A stretch of 64,000 nt of DNA from Pseudomonadales bacterium (GCA_965116345.1 OZ220680.1:3976330-4040329); one strand, 5' to 3'. Counted from the first letter of the stretch, positions 28,279 through 38,414 are shown. Made by a program: numbers and translations. The notes: generated by a model not told the origin, from the sequence alone.

Positions 28279-28392
28279 GAATGCTCTGATCAAGCCATCC
28301 CTGGCTTGATCAGAAACGCAAAAGCAAAGAGCGCGTCCCCAGCAGTCGCTTCTGACTGATTGGCGCGAAGCCACCGGTCTCAGACCAACCGG
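28275..28392 (+). mobile_element. MITE-like element, diverged/partly decayed copy C
   Basis: Left end CTAAGAATGCTCTGATCAAG matches the copy A TIR 17/20, and the TGATCAAGCC..GGCTTGATCA hairpin is conserved. The right end is reduced to GGTCTCAGACC. Overlaps stop codons of both flanking genes. Confidence 0.6.
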
Positions 28393-29885
28393 CGCCGTTC
28401 GTTGGATGGTGGGATCCCCAGCGACTCGCGGTACTTGGCCACGGTTCGTCGGGCCACCTGGATGCTGCGTTCCTTGAGCAGGGCGGCGATGCGGTTGTCC
28501 GACAGGGGCTTGCGCGGATTCTCCTCGGCGGTGAGTTTGCGGATCAGCGCGCGGATCGCGGTGCTGGATACTTCGCCGCCGTTGACGGTGCCGACGTGAC
28601 TGGAGAAGAAGTACTTCAACTCGAACACGCCCTGTGGCGTCGCCATGTACTTTCGGGTCGTGACGCGAGAGATCGTGGATTCGTGGCGGTCGACGGCGGT
28701 CGCGATGTCGGCGAGCACAAGCGGCTGCATGGCCTCCTCGCCGCGCTCGAGAAAGCCGACCTGGCGTTCGACGATCTTTGCGGCGACCTTGAGAAGGGTT
28801 TCGTTCCGGTAGTCGAGGTTCTTCAGGAACCACTTGGCGTCCTGCAGGTTGTTCTTCAGGTACTGGTTCTCGGCACTCGGGTCGGCGCGCCGGATGAGGC
28901 CCGCATAGCCTTCGTTGATTCGTATCCGGGGTGCGGCATCCTGGTTCAATTCCACGGTCCAACGGCCGTTGCGCTTGGTAACCAGGACGTCCGGTTCGAC
29001 GTACTCGATGCCACGGTCGCCGATGCCGGCGCCGGGACGTGGATTGAGCGAACGGACCAGCGTCATGACCTCGACCAGTTGCTCTTCGCCCAGCCGCGCG
29101 CGTCGAGCCAGGGCGACGAAATCCCGGCTGGCGAGCAATGGGAAGTGGTCGCGCACCAGGCGGATGGCCTCGGCCCGCCAGGGGGTGTCCTCGGCAAGCT
29201 GCTCGAGCTGTAGGCGGAGGCACTCGGCCAAGTCTCGCGCGCCGATCCCGGGCGGTTCGAAGGACTGCACCAACTTCACCACGGCCTCCATCTCGTCGGT
29301 GCCGTAGTCGAGGGTGGAATCCATGTCTTCGACGAGTTCCTCGACGGTGGCCGAGAGCATGCCGTCGTCGTCGATGTTGCCGATGATGGTCATCGCGGCC
29401 AACCGGTCGCGGTCGGACAGGCGCGTCAGTTCGAGTTGCCACAGCAGGTGGTCCTGCAGGGTGTCGGTGGCGCCGTTGCGCTCTTCGAATCCGTCGTCGC
29501 CGTCCGCGGCGGACACCCGGGTCGCCGTGGTGGGCTGATAGACATCGTCCCAGGAGACGTCGACGGGCAGATCCTCGGGAATCTCCTCCATGGTCTCCGG
29601 TCCCTCGGCGGGCTCGTCCAACTCGGCGTCGAGATCAGCGGTGTCCAGGTCGCCGCCGTCGTCGACGTTGTCGGCCTCGGTGATTTCCGGAGGCTCGTCG
29701 TCCTCGGCGAGGGCGTCCGTGTCGTCGTCCTCGGAGAGGTCCAGCATGGGATTCGACTCGATGGTCTGCTGGATCTCGGCCTTGAGTTCCAACGCCGAGA
29801 GCTGCATGAGACGGATTGCCTGCTGCAGCTGCGGCGTCATGGCGAGTTGCTGGCCCAGCCGCAGCGACAGCGATTGCTTCATCAC
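28380..29885 (-). CDS. rpoN: RNA polymerase sigma-54 factor
   Basis: [29 protein letters not shown] start and a C-terminal RpoN box [10 protein letters not shown]. Confidence 0.97.
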   Translation of the reverse strand: MMKQSLSLRLGQQLAMTPQLQQAIRLMQLSALELKAEIQQTIESNPMLDLSEDDDTDALAEDDEPPEITEADNVDDGGDLDTADLDAELDEPAEGPETMEEIPEDLPVDVSWDDVYQPTTATRVSAADGDDGFEERNGATDTLQDHLLWQLELTRLSDRDRLAAMTIIGNIDDDGMLSATVEELVEDMDSTLDYGTDEMEAVVKLVQSFEPPGIGARDLAECLRLQLEQLAEDTPWRAEAIRLVRDHFPLLASRDFVALARRARLGEEQLVEVMTLVRSLNPRPGAGIGDRGIEYVEPDVLVTKRNGRWTVELNQDAAPRIRINEGYAGLIRRADPSAENQYLKNNLQDAKWFLKNLDYRNETLLKVAAKIVERQVGFLERGEEAMQPLVLADIATAVDRHESTISRVTTRKYMATPQGVFELKYFFSSHVGTVNGGEVSSTAIRALIRKLTAEENPRKPLSDNRIAALLKERSIQVARRTVAKYRESLGIPPSNERRRLV

Positions 29886-30628
29886 AGTTCGAACATCTCG
29901 CCGAGATAGACCCGTCTTACCGTCTCGTTGGATAGTATGGCTTCGGGACTGCCTTCGGCAATCAAGTGCCCCTCGTTGACGATGTAGGCGCGGTCGCAGA
30001 TGTCGAGGGTTTCGCGGACGTTGTGGTCGGTGATGAGAACGCCGATCCCGCGGCCGGCAAGGCTCCTGATCTCGTTCTTGAGATCGTTCACCGAGATGGG
30101 ATCGACACCGGCGAAGGGTTCGTCGAGGAGCATGAACCCGGGTTCGCCGGTGAGTGCCCGGGCTATCTCGACCCGGCGCCGCTCACCGCCCGACAGCTGT
30201 TCGCCCATGCTGTCGCGGATGCCCTCCAGGCGAAAGTCACGGAGCAGGGCGGCGACCAGCTCGTGGCGCGCGCCGCGATTCAGGTGGCGGCGCAGTTCGG
30301 CGACGGCGAGCAGGTTGTTCTCGACGCTGAGCTTGCGGAACACGCTCGCTTCCTGGGGCAGGTAGCCGAGCCCGGCACGGGCACGTTCATGCATGGGGCG
30401 GCCGCTCAAGTCCGTAGCGTCGATCCGCACACTCCCCGCATCGGCCCGGATCAGTCCGAGAATCATGTAGAAGCAGGTCGTCTTGCCGGCGCCGTTGGGA
30501 CCCAAAAGCCCGACGACTTCGCCGCTTTGGACGCTCAGATTGACGTCTTCGACGACGTTGCGTCCGCGGTAGCCCTTGGTCAGGCCGGCGACGGCTAGGG
30601 TGGCCGGTCGTGCGGTGGCGCCGGCCAC
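29882..30628 (-). CDS. lptB: LPS export ABC transporter ATP-binding protein
   Basis: [33 protein letters not shown]; sits between lptA and rpoN. GTG 30628 chosen as start. Confidence 0.93.
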   Translation of the reverse strand: MAGATARPATLAVAGLTKGYRGRNVVEDVNLSVQSGEVVGLLGPNGAGKTTCFYMILGLIRADAGSVRIDATDLSGRPMHERARAGLGYLPQEASVFRKLSVENNLLAVAELRRHLNRGARHELVAALLRDFRLEGIRDSMGEQLSGGERRRVEIARALTGEPGFMLLDEPFAGVDPISVNDLKNEIRSLAGRGIGVLITDHNVRETLDICDRAYIVNEGHLIAEGSPEAILSNETVRRVYLGEMFEL

Positions 30629-30630
30629 GA

Positions 30631-31167
30631 TCAGTCGGAATCGGTGGTCGGTGGCAGAACGGCGCGGCAGCCGGCACCGCATTCGACGCGGTCGTCCTTG
30701 AGGTGGTAGACGATCACGCCGCCCTCGAACTCGCCATCGCCCTTGGCCAGGAACGCCTCGCCGCGCAACTCGATCCGGTCATCGGCCAGGCGGTAGTCGA
30801 TGGTCTGTGCGCGGGCGTCGACGAACGGTTCGTCCGTCCGAACCTGTTGACGAAGCCGTGCCGGCTCGTCCGGATCGCCCTTGGCCACGGCCCTGGCGAG
30901 CTTGCCGTCCCGGTTCGTGAGCGTCAGCGCGTTCGCGGCGATGCGCAACGTACCCTGTTCGACCACCACCGATCCGGAGAGCTCGGTGACCCCGTTCGGG
31001 TTCAAGTCGGCAGTACCCTTGAGGGCCACAATGGACACGGGTTGATCGGCGTCTTCGGGCAAAGCCGAGACCGGTCCGGCGACGAACGCGAGCAACAGGC
31101 CGACGCGACGCCATGCAACGAGGGCGGGTCGGTCAGGGAGAGCCGTTGTGCTGGTGCGGTTCAACAA
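30631..31167 (-). CDS. lptA: LPS transport periplasmic protein LptA (OstA-like)
   Basis: Signal peptide, OstA-like beta-jellyroll pattern, position between lptC and lptB. TTG start uncertain. Confidence 0.85.
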   Translation of the reverse strand: MLNRTSTTALPDRPALVAWRRVGLLLAFVAGPVSALPEDADQPVSIVALKGTADLNPNGVTELSGSVVVEQGTLRIAANALTLTNRDGKLARAVAKGDPDEPARLRQQVRTDEPFVDARAQTIDYRLADDRIELRGEAFLAKGDGEFEGGVIVYHLKDDRVECGAGCRAVLPPTTDSD

Positions 31168-31792
31168 GGATGGAAATCCGCTGGTTCGCCGACGAAAAGA
31201 GCTCCACGCGCCTGCTGGCGAGGTCGGCCTCGAAGCCCGCGGCGGCCAGGCGACCGGAACTCGTCTCGATCATAACAGGTTGATCCGTGCGCACGTGCCG
31301 CCGGTCGGGGTGAACGACCAGGGACTCGGTGCGCATCTCGGCGAATTCCGGTCCGCCGATGTCGCGAGTCAGCCGGACCTCGCCCTGCAGTTCGATGCGT
31401 TCCTCTTCGCCTCCTTCGGCGCGGGCAACCGTGAACACGTCGCCGCGCCGTGACGCGACCTTCCAGGGCGGGCCATCGACTTCGTGGAGTTCGAGCACCG
31501 GCTCGATCAGGCGGGCGACCCGATCACGTTCGAACTGGCTGGTCCTTTCGGCGCTGAGGCGATAGTGGACCGTGCCGTCGTCCCGAAACCGGGTGATGAC
31601 GCTGTCCTCGAGGTAGACGTCGGGTTCGTCGGCGAACTCCGCCGGCAGCTCCGGGCTGCGGAGTTCGCCGGGGACCAGCAGCACAGCCACGGCGGCGAAC
31701 CCGACCGCGCCGATCACCACGGTACCCCAGCGGATGAACGTCTTGCCCGGCGGCGGGTCCGCGGTCCCGGGCTCGGCGGGTTCGGTGGCCAC
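31133..31792 (-). CDS. lptC: LPS export system protein LptC
   Basis: Single N-terminal TM, size, and position downstream of kdsC. Confidence 0.8.
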   Translation of the reverse strand: MATEPAEPGTADPPPGKTFIRWGTVVIGAVGFAAVAVLLVPGELRSPELPAEFADEPDVYLEDSVITRFRDDGTVHYRLSAERTSQFERDRVARLIEPVLELHEVDGPPWKVASRRGDVFTVARAEGGEEERIELQGEVRLTRDIGGPEFAEMRTESLVVHPDRRHVRTDQPVMIETSSGRLAAAGFEADLASRRVELFSSANQRISILVEPHQHNGSP

Positions 31793-31795
31793 GCT

Positions 31796-32302
31796 TCACC
31801 CCCTGGCGGTGAGGAGGAGGTCGCAGATCTCGCGCACCGCGCCCAAGCCCCCGGGAGTCGTGGTGACGTAGTCGGCCCTGGCGATGACGGTGGGATGCGC
31901 ATTGGGCACGCTCAAGGACATGCCGACCCGGCCAAACACCGGGAGGTCGGGCAGGTCGTCGCCGGCGTAGGCCATGTGCCGGGTTTCGATACCGGTCAAC
32001 TTCGACACCTCGTCGAGGCTTGCCACCTTGTCGCCGACACCGGTGAAGACATAGGGCACGCCCAGCTCGGCGGCCCGCCGATCGACGGCCTCCGAACGGC
32101 GTCCCGAGATGATCGCGATGGGCGTGCCAGCGGCGAGCAGCATCTTCACGGCGCTGCCGTCGTGGACGTGGAACGCCTTGAATTCGGTACCGTCGGTGCC
32201 GTAGTAGAGGCGCCCGTCGGTCATGACACCGTCGACGTCGAGGCCAAGCAGACGGATTTCCCTGGCCTGGTCGAGAACGGCGTCGGGAAAGGTGTGGTTC
32301 AC
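31796..32302 (-). CDS. kdsC: 3-deoxy-D-manno-octulosonate 8-phosphate phosphatase
   Basis: HAD motif LLGLDVDGVMTDG, ..GDDLPDL; GTG start overlaps the upstream stop (GTGA). Confidence 0.9.
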   Translation of the reverse strand: MNHTFPDAVLDQAREIRLLGLDVDGVMTDGRLYYGTDGTEFKAFHVHDGSAVKMLLAAGTPIAIISGRRSEAVDRRAAELGVPYVFTGVGDKVASLDEVSKLTGIETRHMAYAGDDLPDLPVFGRVGMSLSVPNAHPTVIARADYVTTTPGGLGAVREICDLLLTARG

Positions 32303-33291
32303 GCGCCGTGTTCGTGCTGGTAGAGAATGACGGTATAGCCGATCCACGCGGCGAGCAGGACGAGGCCCTCGAACCGGGTGATCACCTTGCGCGAGCCGAC
32401 CGCGTACGCCAACAGCATGAGCAACGCGGTGAGCGCCACCATCATGCCGTAGTCCCGCCACAGCACGGCGACGTCGATGACCTGCGGGTCGAGGAGCGCC
32501 GGGATGGCGAGCACGGCGAGGATGTTCAGGATGTTGGAGCCGACGACGTTGCCGATCGCCATTTCCGGATGTCCTTGGCGCGCGGCGGCAACGGTCACCG
32601 ATAGTTCAGGCAGGCTGGTGCCGACGGCGACGATGGTCAGGCCGATGACCAGTTCGCTGACGTGGTATTCGACGGCGACGACCGCCGCGCCCGTAACCAA
32701 TATATGCGCGGAGACCAGCAGTGCCACGAGGCCGACTACGAACCAGGTGAAGGACTTCACCGCCGTCATGTCGGGCAACTCGTCTAGGTCGGTCTGCAGG
32801 GCGTCCGGCCTGGCGCGGTTCCGCCTTGCCAGCAGGTAGAGGATGACGCCAAGGCCGGCGAGCAGTGCCAGGCCGTCGAGGATCCCGACGTACAGGTTGA
32901 ACAGGCAGGCCAGCGTCAGCAGCGTTGCACCGATCAGCCAAGGCAGTTCGCGCTTCAGAACGTTGTCGGCGAAGGGCAGGGGGCTCACCAACGCCGTGAT
33001 GCCGAGCACGAGACCGATGTTGGCGATATTGGAGCCGATGGCATTGCCGATGGCCAACTCGCCGATGCCCATGACACTCGCCTCGATGCCGACCATGATC
33101 TCCGGCGCGGAGGTGCCCACGGCGATCGCGGTCAATCCGATGACGATCTTCGACACGCCCAGGTTCTTGGCGACTGCGGCGGAGGCGTTGACGAATCGGT
33201 CGGCGCTCCAGCCGAGCGTGAGGAAGCCGACGATCAGCGCGAGGAACGGGTAGTTCTCGATCGCCTCGTAAAAGGTCGCAATGAGCCCCAT
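32299..33291 (-). CDS. yrbG: Ca2+/Na+ antiporter, CaCA family (YrbG-like)
   Basis: Two alpha-repeats GTSAPE / GTSLPE, ~10 TMs, conserved position upstream of kds/lpt genes. Confidence 0.9.
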   Translation of the reverse strand: MGLIATFYEAIENYPFLALIVGFLTLGWSADRFVNASAAVAKNLGVSKIVIGLTAIAVGTSAPEIMVGIEASVMGIGELAIGNAIGSNIANIGLVLGITALVSPLPFADNVLKRELPWLIGATLLTLACLFNLYVGILDGLALLAGLGVILYLLARRNRARPDALQTDLDELPDMTAVKSFTWFVVGLVALLVSAHILVTGAAVVAVEYHVSELVIGLTIVAVGTSLPELSVTVAAARQGHPEMAIGNVVGSNILNILAVLAIPALLDPQVIDVAVLWRDYGMMVALTALLMLLAYAVGSRKVITRFEGLVLLAAWIGYTVILYQHEHGA

Positions 33292-33403
33292 ACACCCACA
33301 ATAGTCTCCATCCCGAACGCATTATGTTACCGACAGTAACACTGAGTAAACACGATTGACGCCGTGTTACTCTGACTAGCGGCGGCAAAAGCGATATCGA
33401 TCC

Positions 33404-33631
33404 ATGACCGAGGACCTGCAGGAACGCATCGAAAAGGCCATCTCTGGCGCCGAGGTCGTGGTGGCGGGGGAGGGCAACCGCTTCGAAGTTCGCGTCGTCG
33501 CAAGGGAATTCGAAGGTTTGAGTCGGGTCAAGCGTCAGCAGGCCGTCTACGCGGCCATCGGCGACCTGATCGCCTCGGGTGCCGTCCACGCCGTGACCAT
33601 CCGAGCCTTGACGCCTGCCGAGGCGGGTTGA
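33404..33631 (+). CDS. ibaG: BolA family protein IbaG/YrbA
   Basis: ..GEGNRFEVRVVAREFEGLSRVKRQQAVYAAI..HAVTIRALTPAE aligns with E. coli IbaG. Confidence 0.9.
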   Translation: MTEDLQERIEKAISGAEVVVAGEGNRFEVRVVAREFEGLSRVKRQQAVYAAIGDLIASGAVHAVTIRALTPAEAG

Positions 33632-34968
33632 CCCGAGGCGACGGCGACAGTTCCGTGTTCCGACGCCTGGACACCCGCGATCCGGATTTCGACGGCGAGC
33701 TGGACAAGCTACTCGCCTGGGATGCCAGGGAGCCCGACGAGGTGGCACGTACCGCCGCCGAAATCGTCGCCGAGGTACGCGAGGGTGGCGATACGGCGCT
33801 GGTCCGCTTCACACGGCTTCACGACCGCGTCGACGTGGATGACCCCGCGGCCTTGGAACTGGAACCTGCAGAACTCCGGCGGTGCCTGGACGCCTTGCCG
33901 ACTGCGGACCGCGATGCCCTGGTCGCTGCCCGCGACCGCATCCGGGACTACCACGAACGCCAGCCGGACGGTGGATTCGAGTACACGGACCCGCTCGGCA
34001 ACCGGCTCGGCCAGCTCGTGCGGCCGCTCGACCGCGTCGGCGTCTATGTCCCCGGTGGCCAGGCCGCCTATCCATCGACGGTGCTGATGACGGTCGTCCC
34101 GGCGCGGGTCGCCGGTGTGGGCGAGGTGATCGTCACGGTACCCACGCCCGGCGGCGAGCGCAGCGATCACGTCTTCGCGGCCATGGCCATCTCGGGCGTC
34201 GACCGCGTGTTCACCGTCGGTGGTGCGCAGGCGATCGCGGCGCTGGCGTACGGTACGGCCACGGTACCGCGGGTGGACAAGATCGTCGGCCCGGGTGGCG
34301 CCTACGTCGCGGCCGCCAAACGCCTGGTGTTCGGCGCCGCGGGCATCGACCTGATCGCGGGACCGAGCGAGATCCTGGTGGTCGCCGACGGCAGTGTGGA
34401 CGCCCGTTGGACGGCCTTGGACCTGCTTTCGCAGGCGGAGCACGATGCCGCCGCGCAGGCGATTCTGGTGTCGCCGCACGGCGATTGTCTCGACGGCGTG
34501 GCCCAGGCGGTTGAGGCCCTGCTAACCGATCTGCCCCGTCGGGAGGTGATTCGGGAATCCCTGCGCCGACGCGGCGCCATGATTGCGGTGCGCGACCTCG
34601 CCGAAGCCTGCGACATCGCCAACCGGGTCGCGCCGGAGCACCTGCAGCTTGCCGTCGCCGACCCCGAGTCGTTGCTGCCCGCCGTGCGTCATGCGGGCGC
34701 CGTCTTTCTCGGCGCTCATGCGGCCGAGGTGTTCGGCGACTACGTCGCGGGTCCCAGTCATGTGCTGCCCACCTTCGGTACCGCCCGCTACGCATCGCCC
34801 CTCGGGGTCACGGACTTTCAGAAGCGCATGTCGGTAATCGGCGGCAGCGCCTCGTCGGTGCAGCCGCTGGCGCGCACCGCCGCGAACATCGCGACAGCGG
34901 AAGGGCTCGCGGCCCATGCGGCGGCGGCGCGGGTGCGTATCACGGGCTTTGACGACAACGAGTCTTGA
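33628..34968 (+). CDS. hisD: Histidinol dehydrogenase
   Basis: 446 aa; GGQAAYPSTVLM, QAEHD, PEHLQL, GDYVAGPSHVLPT motifs. Confidence 0.95.
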   Translation: MTRGDGDSSVFRRLDTRDPDFDGELDKLLAWDAREPDEVARTAAEIVAEVREGGDTALVRFTRLHDRVDVDDPAALELEPAELRRCLDALPTADRDALVAARDRIRDYHERQPDGGFEYTDPLGNRLGQLVRPLDRVGVYVPGGQAAYPSTVLMTVVPARVAGVGEVIVTVPTPGGERSDHVFAAMAISGVDRVFTVGGAQAIAALAYGTATVPRVDKIVGPGGAYVAAAKRLVFGAAGIDLIAGPSEILVVADGSVDARWTALDLLSQAEHDAAAQAILVSPHGDCLDGVAQAVEALLTDLPRREVIRESLRRRGAMIAVRDLAEACDIANRVAPEHLQLAVADPESLLPAVRHAGAVFLGAHAAEVFGDYVAGPSHVLPTFGTARYASPLGVTDFQKRMSVIGGSASSVQPLARTAANIATAEGLAAHAAAARVRITGFDDNES

Positions 34969-36050
34969 CGCCGTCCGAAGCCCACGCCGCCAACGTCCGC
35001 GACGGATTCGCCGCGGATCCGGCGCAAGCACGGCTCGCCGATGACCTGACCGACCTTCATCGTCGGCTGGTTCATACCGGGAACCGGGGCCGCCTGGCGC
35101 AATGGTGGCGACGCCTGCTACGGCGCGACGAGATACCCGTCCGTGGGCTCTACCTCTGGGGTGGGGTGGGGCGTGGCAAGACCTACCTGATGGACCTGTT
35201 TCACGACACCCTGCCGTTCGCGGACAAGCAACGCCTGCATTTCCACCGTTTCATGCAACGGGTCCACGCCGAGCTCGGCGATCTCGAGGGTCGGGCGGAT
35301 CCTCTGGAGACGGTCGCCGATCGATTCGCCGCCGAGGCCCGGGTCATCTGCTTCGACGAATTCTTCGTCTCCGACATCGGCGACGCCATGATCCTCGGCG
35401 AGCTTCTCGGCGGACTCTTCCGGCGCGGCGTCACCCTGGTGGCGACCTCCAACGTGGCGCCCGACGACCTCTACGAGAATGGCCTGCAGCGGCGCCGGTT
35501 CCTGCCGGCGATCGAACTCCTCAAACGCCACACCGAGGTCGTGCACGTGGGCGGTGACCTGGACTACCGCCTGCGGATGCTGCGGCGGACCGACATCTAC
35601 CGCACGGATGGCGACATCGATGCGCTCGGTGCGAACTTCCGTTCGCTCAGCAATGCGCGGGTGATCGCCGACGAGGATGTTGTCGTGAACGGCCGGCCGA
35701 TCCGCGCCCGCCACTGCGCCGAGGATGCGGTCTGGTTCGACTTCGCCGCGATCTGCGAGGGACCGCGCAGCCAGAACGACTACATCGAACTCGCCAGGCT
35801 GTTCTCCACCGTGGTGGTCAACGGCGTGCCCGTATTCGACGCCGGCGGCGAGAGCGAGAACGCCGCGCGACGCTTCATCAGCCTGGTGGACGAGTTCTAC
35901 GACCGCAACGTCAAGGTGCTGTTCTCCGCGGCGGCACCCGTCGATGCCCTGTACGGCGGTAACCTGCTGACCGCCGAGTTCGAGCGCACCAGGAGCCGGA
36001 TCAACGAGATGCAGGGTGAGACCTACTTGCGCCGCATGCACCGCCCGTAA
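34965..36050 (+). CDS. zapE: Cell division protein ZapE (AFG1-like ATPase)
   Basis: Walker A GGVGRGKTYLMD, ICFDEFFVSDI, position upstream of rplM. Confidence 0.9.
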   Translation: MTPSEAHAANVRDGFAADPAQARLADDLTDLHRRLVHTGNRGRLAQWWRRLLRRDEIPVRGLYLWGGVGRGKTYLMDLFHDTLPFADKQRLHFHRFMQRVHAELGDLEGRADPLETVADRFAAEARVICFDEFFVSDIGDAMILGELLGGLFRRGVTLVATSNVAPDDLYENGLQRRRFLPAIELLKRHTEVVHVGGDLDYRLRMLRRTDIYRTDGDIDALGANFRSLSNARVIADEDVVVNGRPIRARHCAEDAVWFDFAAICEGPRSQNDYIELARLFSTVVVNGVPVFDAGGESENAARRFISLVDEFYDRNVKVLFSAAAPVDALYGGNLLTAEFERTRSRINEMQGETYLRRMHRP

Positions 36051-36072
36051 TGTTCTCGATGACAGGTCGCGT

Positions 36073-36204
36073 ATGCCCGAGAAAAGCTGGATGCTCTTCT
36101 GTCGAGCGACTTTCATCGGTTGCGCCGACGGCCCCGAGGATCTCGCCAACCAGTACAAGGATTACCTGACACGAGACTTGAACGCCAAGCATGGTGCTCG
36201 CTGA
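36073..36204 (+). CDS. Putative short antitoxin partner of VapC (43 aa)
   Basis: Small ORF overlapping the vapC start by 14 nt. FIGCADGPEDLANQYKDYL is reminiscent of C-terminal toxin-binding segments of PIN-associated antitoxins. No DNA-binding domain evident. Confidence 0.4.
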   Translation: MPEKSWMLFCRATFIGCADGPEDLANQYKDYLTRDLNAKHGAR

Positions 36205-36613
36205 CACCGGGTATTGGCTGGCGTTGGCCAATCGGACTGACCGGTGGCATGAGGTCGCCGTGGCGGTGACCCGGCGACTCGACGAATCCCTCGTCGTGAC
36301 TTGGCCTGTTCTGACCGAAACCTGTCACCTAATGCTGGCTCGGCTCGGTACGCTGGCGGAGTTGCGGTTCGTCGAGCAGATTTCGACGCACGTCGATATC
36401 TACGAGATGGGCAAGGAGCGCATCGACGATGTTCGCGCATTGATGGAGAGGTACAGCAACTTGCCCATGGATCTGGCTGATGCCTCCTTGGTGGTGGCCG
36501 CGACCGATCTGGGCGAGGGACGAATCCTCACGACGGACCAACGTGACTTCAATGCCTACCGGTGGAAGGACACGGAACCGTTCACCAACCTGCTGGTGTT
36601 ATCCGGGGGTTGA
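36191..36613 (+). CDS. vapC: PIN-domain ribonuclease toxin (VapC family)
   Basis: MVLADTGYWLAL (Asp near the N-terminus), TETCHLM, DLADASLV, TTDQRDF acidic PIN quartet pattern. Confidence 0.8.
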   Translation: MVLADTGYWLALANRTDRWHEVAVAVTRRLDESLVVTWPVLTETCHLMLARLGTLAELRFVEQISTHVDIYEMGKERIDDVRALMERYSNLPMDLADASLVVAATDLGEGRILTTDQRDFNAYRWKDTEPFTNLLVLSGG

Positions 36614-36740
36614 TCGCAGCTCGCCGGACGATGATGCTACCCATCAACTCGCCTTTTTCTGGCGTCGCCGGGGTTGTTGGACGGGGGCGAGATGCGTACC
36701 ATTCGCGCCTCGTTTGCTAATGGATCCGGCAAGTTAAGCC

Positions 36741-37169
36741 ATGAGAACCGTGAGCACGCGCCGCGAGGACGCGCAGCACGATTGGTACGTCGTGGACGCC
36801 GAGGGCAGGACCCTGGGTCGTCTGGCGTCGGAAATCGCCAGGCGCCTGCGCGGCAAGCACAAGCCGGAGTATACGCCCCACGTCGACACGGGCGACTTCA
36901 TCGTCGTGGTCAATGCCGACAAGGTGAAGGTCACCGGCCGCAAGGAAACCGACAAGGTCTACTACCGGCACTCGGGCTATCCCGGCGGCATCAAGGCGAC
37001 GTCGCTGGACAAGATGCGCGAGGACCACCCGGATCGGATTCTCGGCAATGCGGTCAGGGGCATGCTGCCCCGCAACCCCTTGGGGCGCGCCATGCTGCGC
37101 AAGCTGAAGATCTACGCCGGGCCGACGCATCCACACGCCGCCCAGCAACCGAAGGCCCTCGAACTCTAG
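36741..37169 (+). CDS. rplM: 50S ribosomal protein L13
   Basis: [39 protein letters not shown] almost identical to E. coli L13. Confidence 0.98.
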   Translation: MRTVSTRREDAQHDWYVVDAEGRTLGRLASEIARRLRGKHKPEYTPHVDTGDFIVVVNADKVKVTGRKETDKVYYRHSGYPGGIKATSLDKMREDHPDRILGNAVRGMLPRNPLGRAMLRKLKIYAGPTHPHAAQQPKALEL

Positions 37170-37184
37170 GAGTTGAACGACCCG

Positions 37185-37574
37185 ATGGCAGAGACGCAAT
37201 ACGGCACCGGACGCCGCAAGACCTCAACTGCTCGGGTGTTCATCACCGAGGGCATGGGCAGAATCCTAGTCAATCGTCAGCCGCTCGACGAGTACTTCGG
37301 CCGAGAGACGGCGCGGATGATCGTCCGGCAGCCGCTGGAAACGGTCGGTGCGACCACTAGCCTGGACGTCAAGGTGACCGTCAGGGGCGGCGGCGGCTCC
37401 GGCCAGGCGGGCGCCATTCGCCACGGCATTGCGCGGGCATTGGTCGAGCGCGACGAGGAGCACCGCGTGCCGCTGCGCCAGGCGGGATTTCTGACCCGCG
37501 ACGCCCGCGAGGTCGAACGCAAGAAGGTGGGTCTGCGCAAGGCGCGCAAACGCCCGCAATACTCAAAGCGCTAG
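37185..37574 (+). CDS. rpsI: 30S ribosomal protein S9
   Basis: [18 protein letters not shown] ... [12 protein letters not shown]; ATG 37185 preferred over TTG 37173. Confidence 0.97.
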   Translation: MAETQYGTGRRKTSTARVFITEGMGRILVNRQPLDEYFGRETARMIVRQPLETVGATTSLDVKVTVRGGGGSGQAGAIRHGIARALVERDEEHRVPLRQAGFLTRDAREVERKKVGLRKARKRPQYSKR

Positions 37575-37721
37575 ACTCCTTGAGCGCCCTTGATTGCTTT
37601 GGAAGCGGCACACTAGCCCGCAATCGACGCCACGTCCTGTCGCCGGTTTCGGTCCAACCACGGCCCTGTGATAAGATTTTCCGATCCTACCCCGTGAGTT
37701 TGAATTCGCCCGAGTAGTCGC

Positions 37722-38414
37722 GTGAGCAAGAGACGAGAAGAAGCCGACGCGACCAGCAGCGCGACCAGTAAGGGCAGGCGCAAGTTCCTTATCGGAATGA
37801 CCTCCGCAGCGTCCACCGTCGGTGCCATCGGTGCAGCCGTGCCGTTCGTGAAGTCGTGGACTCCGAGTGCCAAGGCCCGTTCCGCCGGGGCGCCGAAGAA
37901 GGCGGACATCGCCCGAGTCGGGCCGGGAGAGCTGCTTAGTCCGATACCGTCCTGGCGGGGCAAGCCGGTTTTCGTCGTTCGGCGCACGCCCGAGGACATC
38001 GAAAGGCTGGCGACCGAGAACCCTGAATTGGCCGACCCCGAGTCCGAGGACCTGGCACGGCAGCCCGCGTACGCGCGCAACGCCTGGCGCTCGCGCAGCC
38101 CGGAGTTGGGGGTCTACGTCGGCATCTGCACCCACCTCGGCTGCTCGCCCAAGTACTTCGGCGAGGCCAAGCCGGAGGACTTCGCAAGCGACTGGGAGGG
38201 AGGCTTCTACTGCCCGTGCCATGCTTCCCGGTTCGACCTGGCGGGCCGCGTCGTCAAGGGCGTGCCGGCGCCGGACAACCTCGAGGTGCCGCCGTATTCC
38301 TACCTGTCCGACACAGAAATCATCATCGGCGTGGACGAGGATACCGTCGCGGCGGCCGACGGCGACGTCCACTTGGCGGCACAACCGGGCGAAGATCCCG
38401 AGGAGATCGCGTAG
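37722..38414 (+). CDS. petA: Ubiquinol-cytochrome c reductase Rieske iron-sulfur subunit
   Basis: Tat-like RRKFL, CTHLGCSP and CPCHASRFD 2Fe-2S boxes. Confidence 0.95.
   Translation: MSKRREEADATSSATSKGRRKFLIGMTSAASTVGAIGAAVPFVKSWTPSAKARSAGAPKKADIARVGPGELLSPIPSWRGKPVFVVRRTPEDIERLATENPELADPESEDLARQPAYARNAWRSRSPELGVYVGICTHLGCSPKYFGEAKPEDFASDWEGGFYCPCHASRFDLAGRVVKGVPAPDNLEVPPYSYLSDTEIIIGVDEDTVAAADGDVHLAAQPGEDPEEIA

Noticed and set aside
18555-28392. Possibility that the repeated 156-bp units are a CRISPR array or an integron attC series
   Set aside because: The copies are kilobases apart with irregular spacing, are far longer than CRISPR repeats, and no cas or intI genes are present. TIRs and CTAG ends fit a MITE better.
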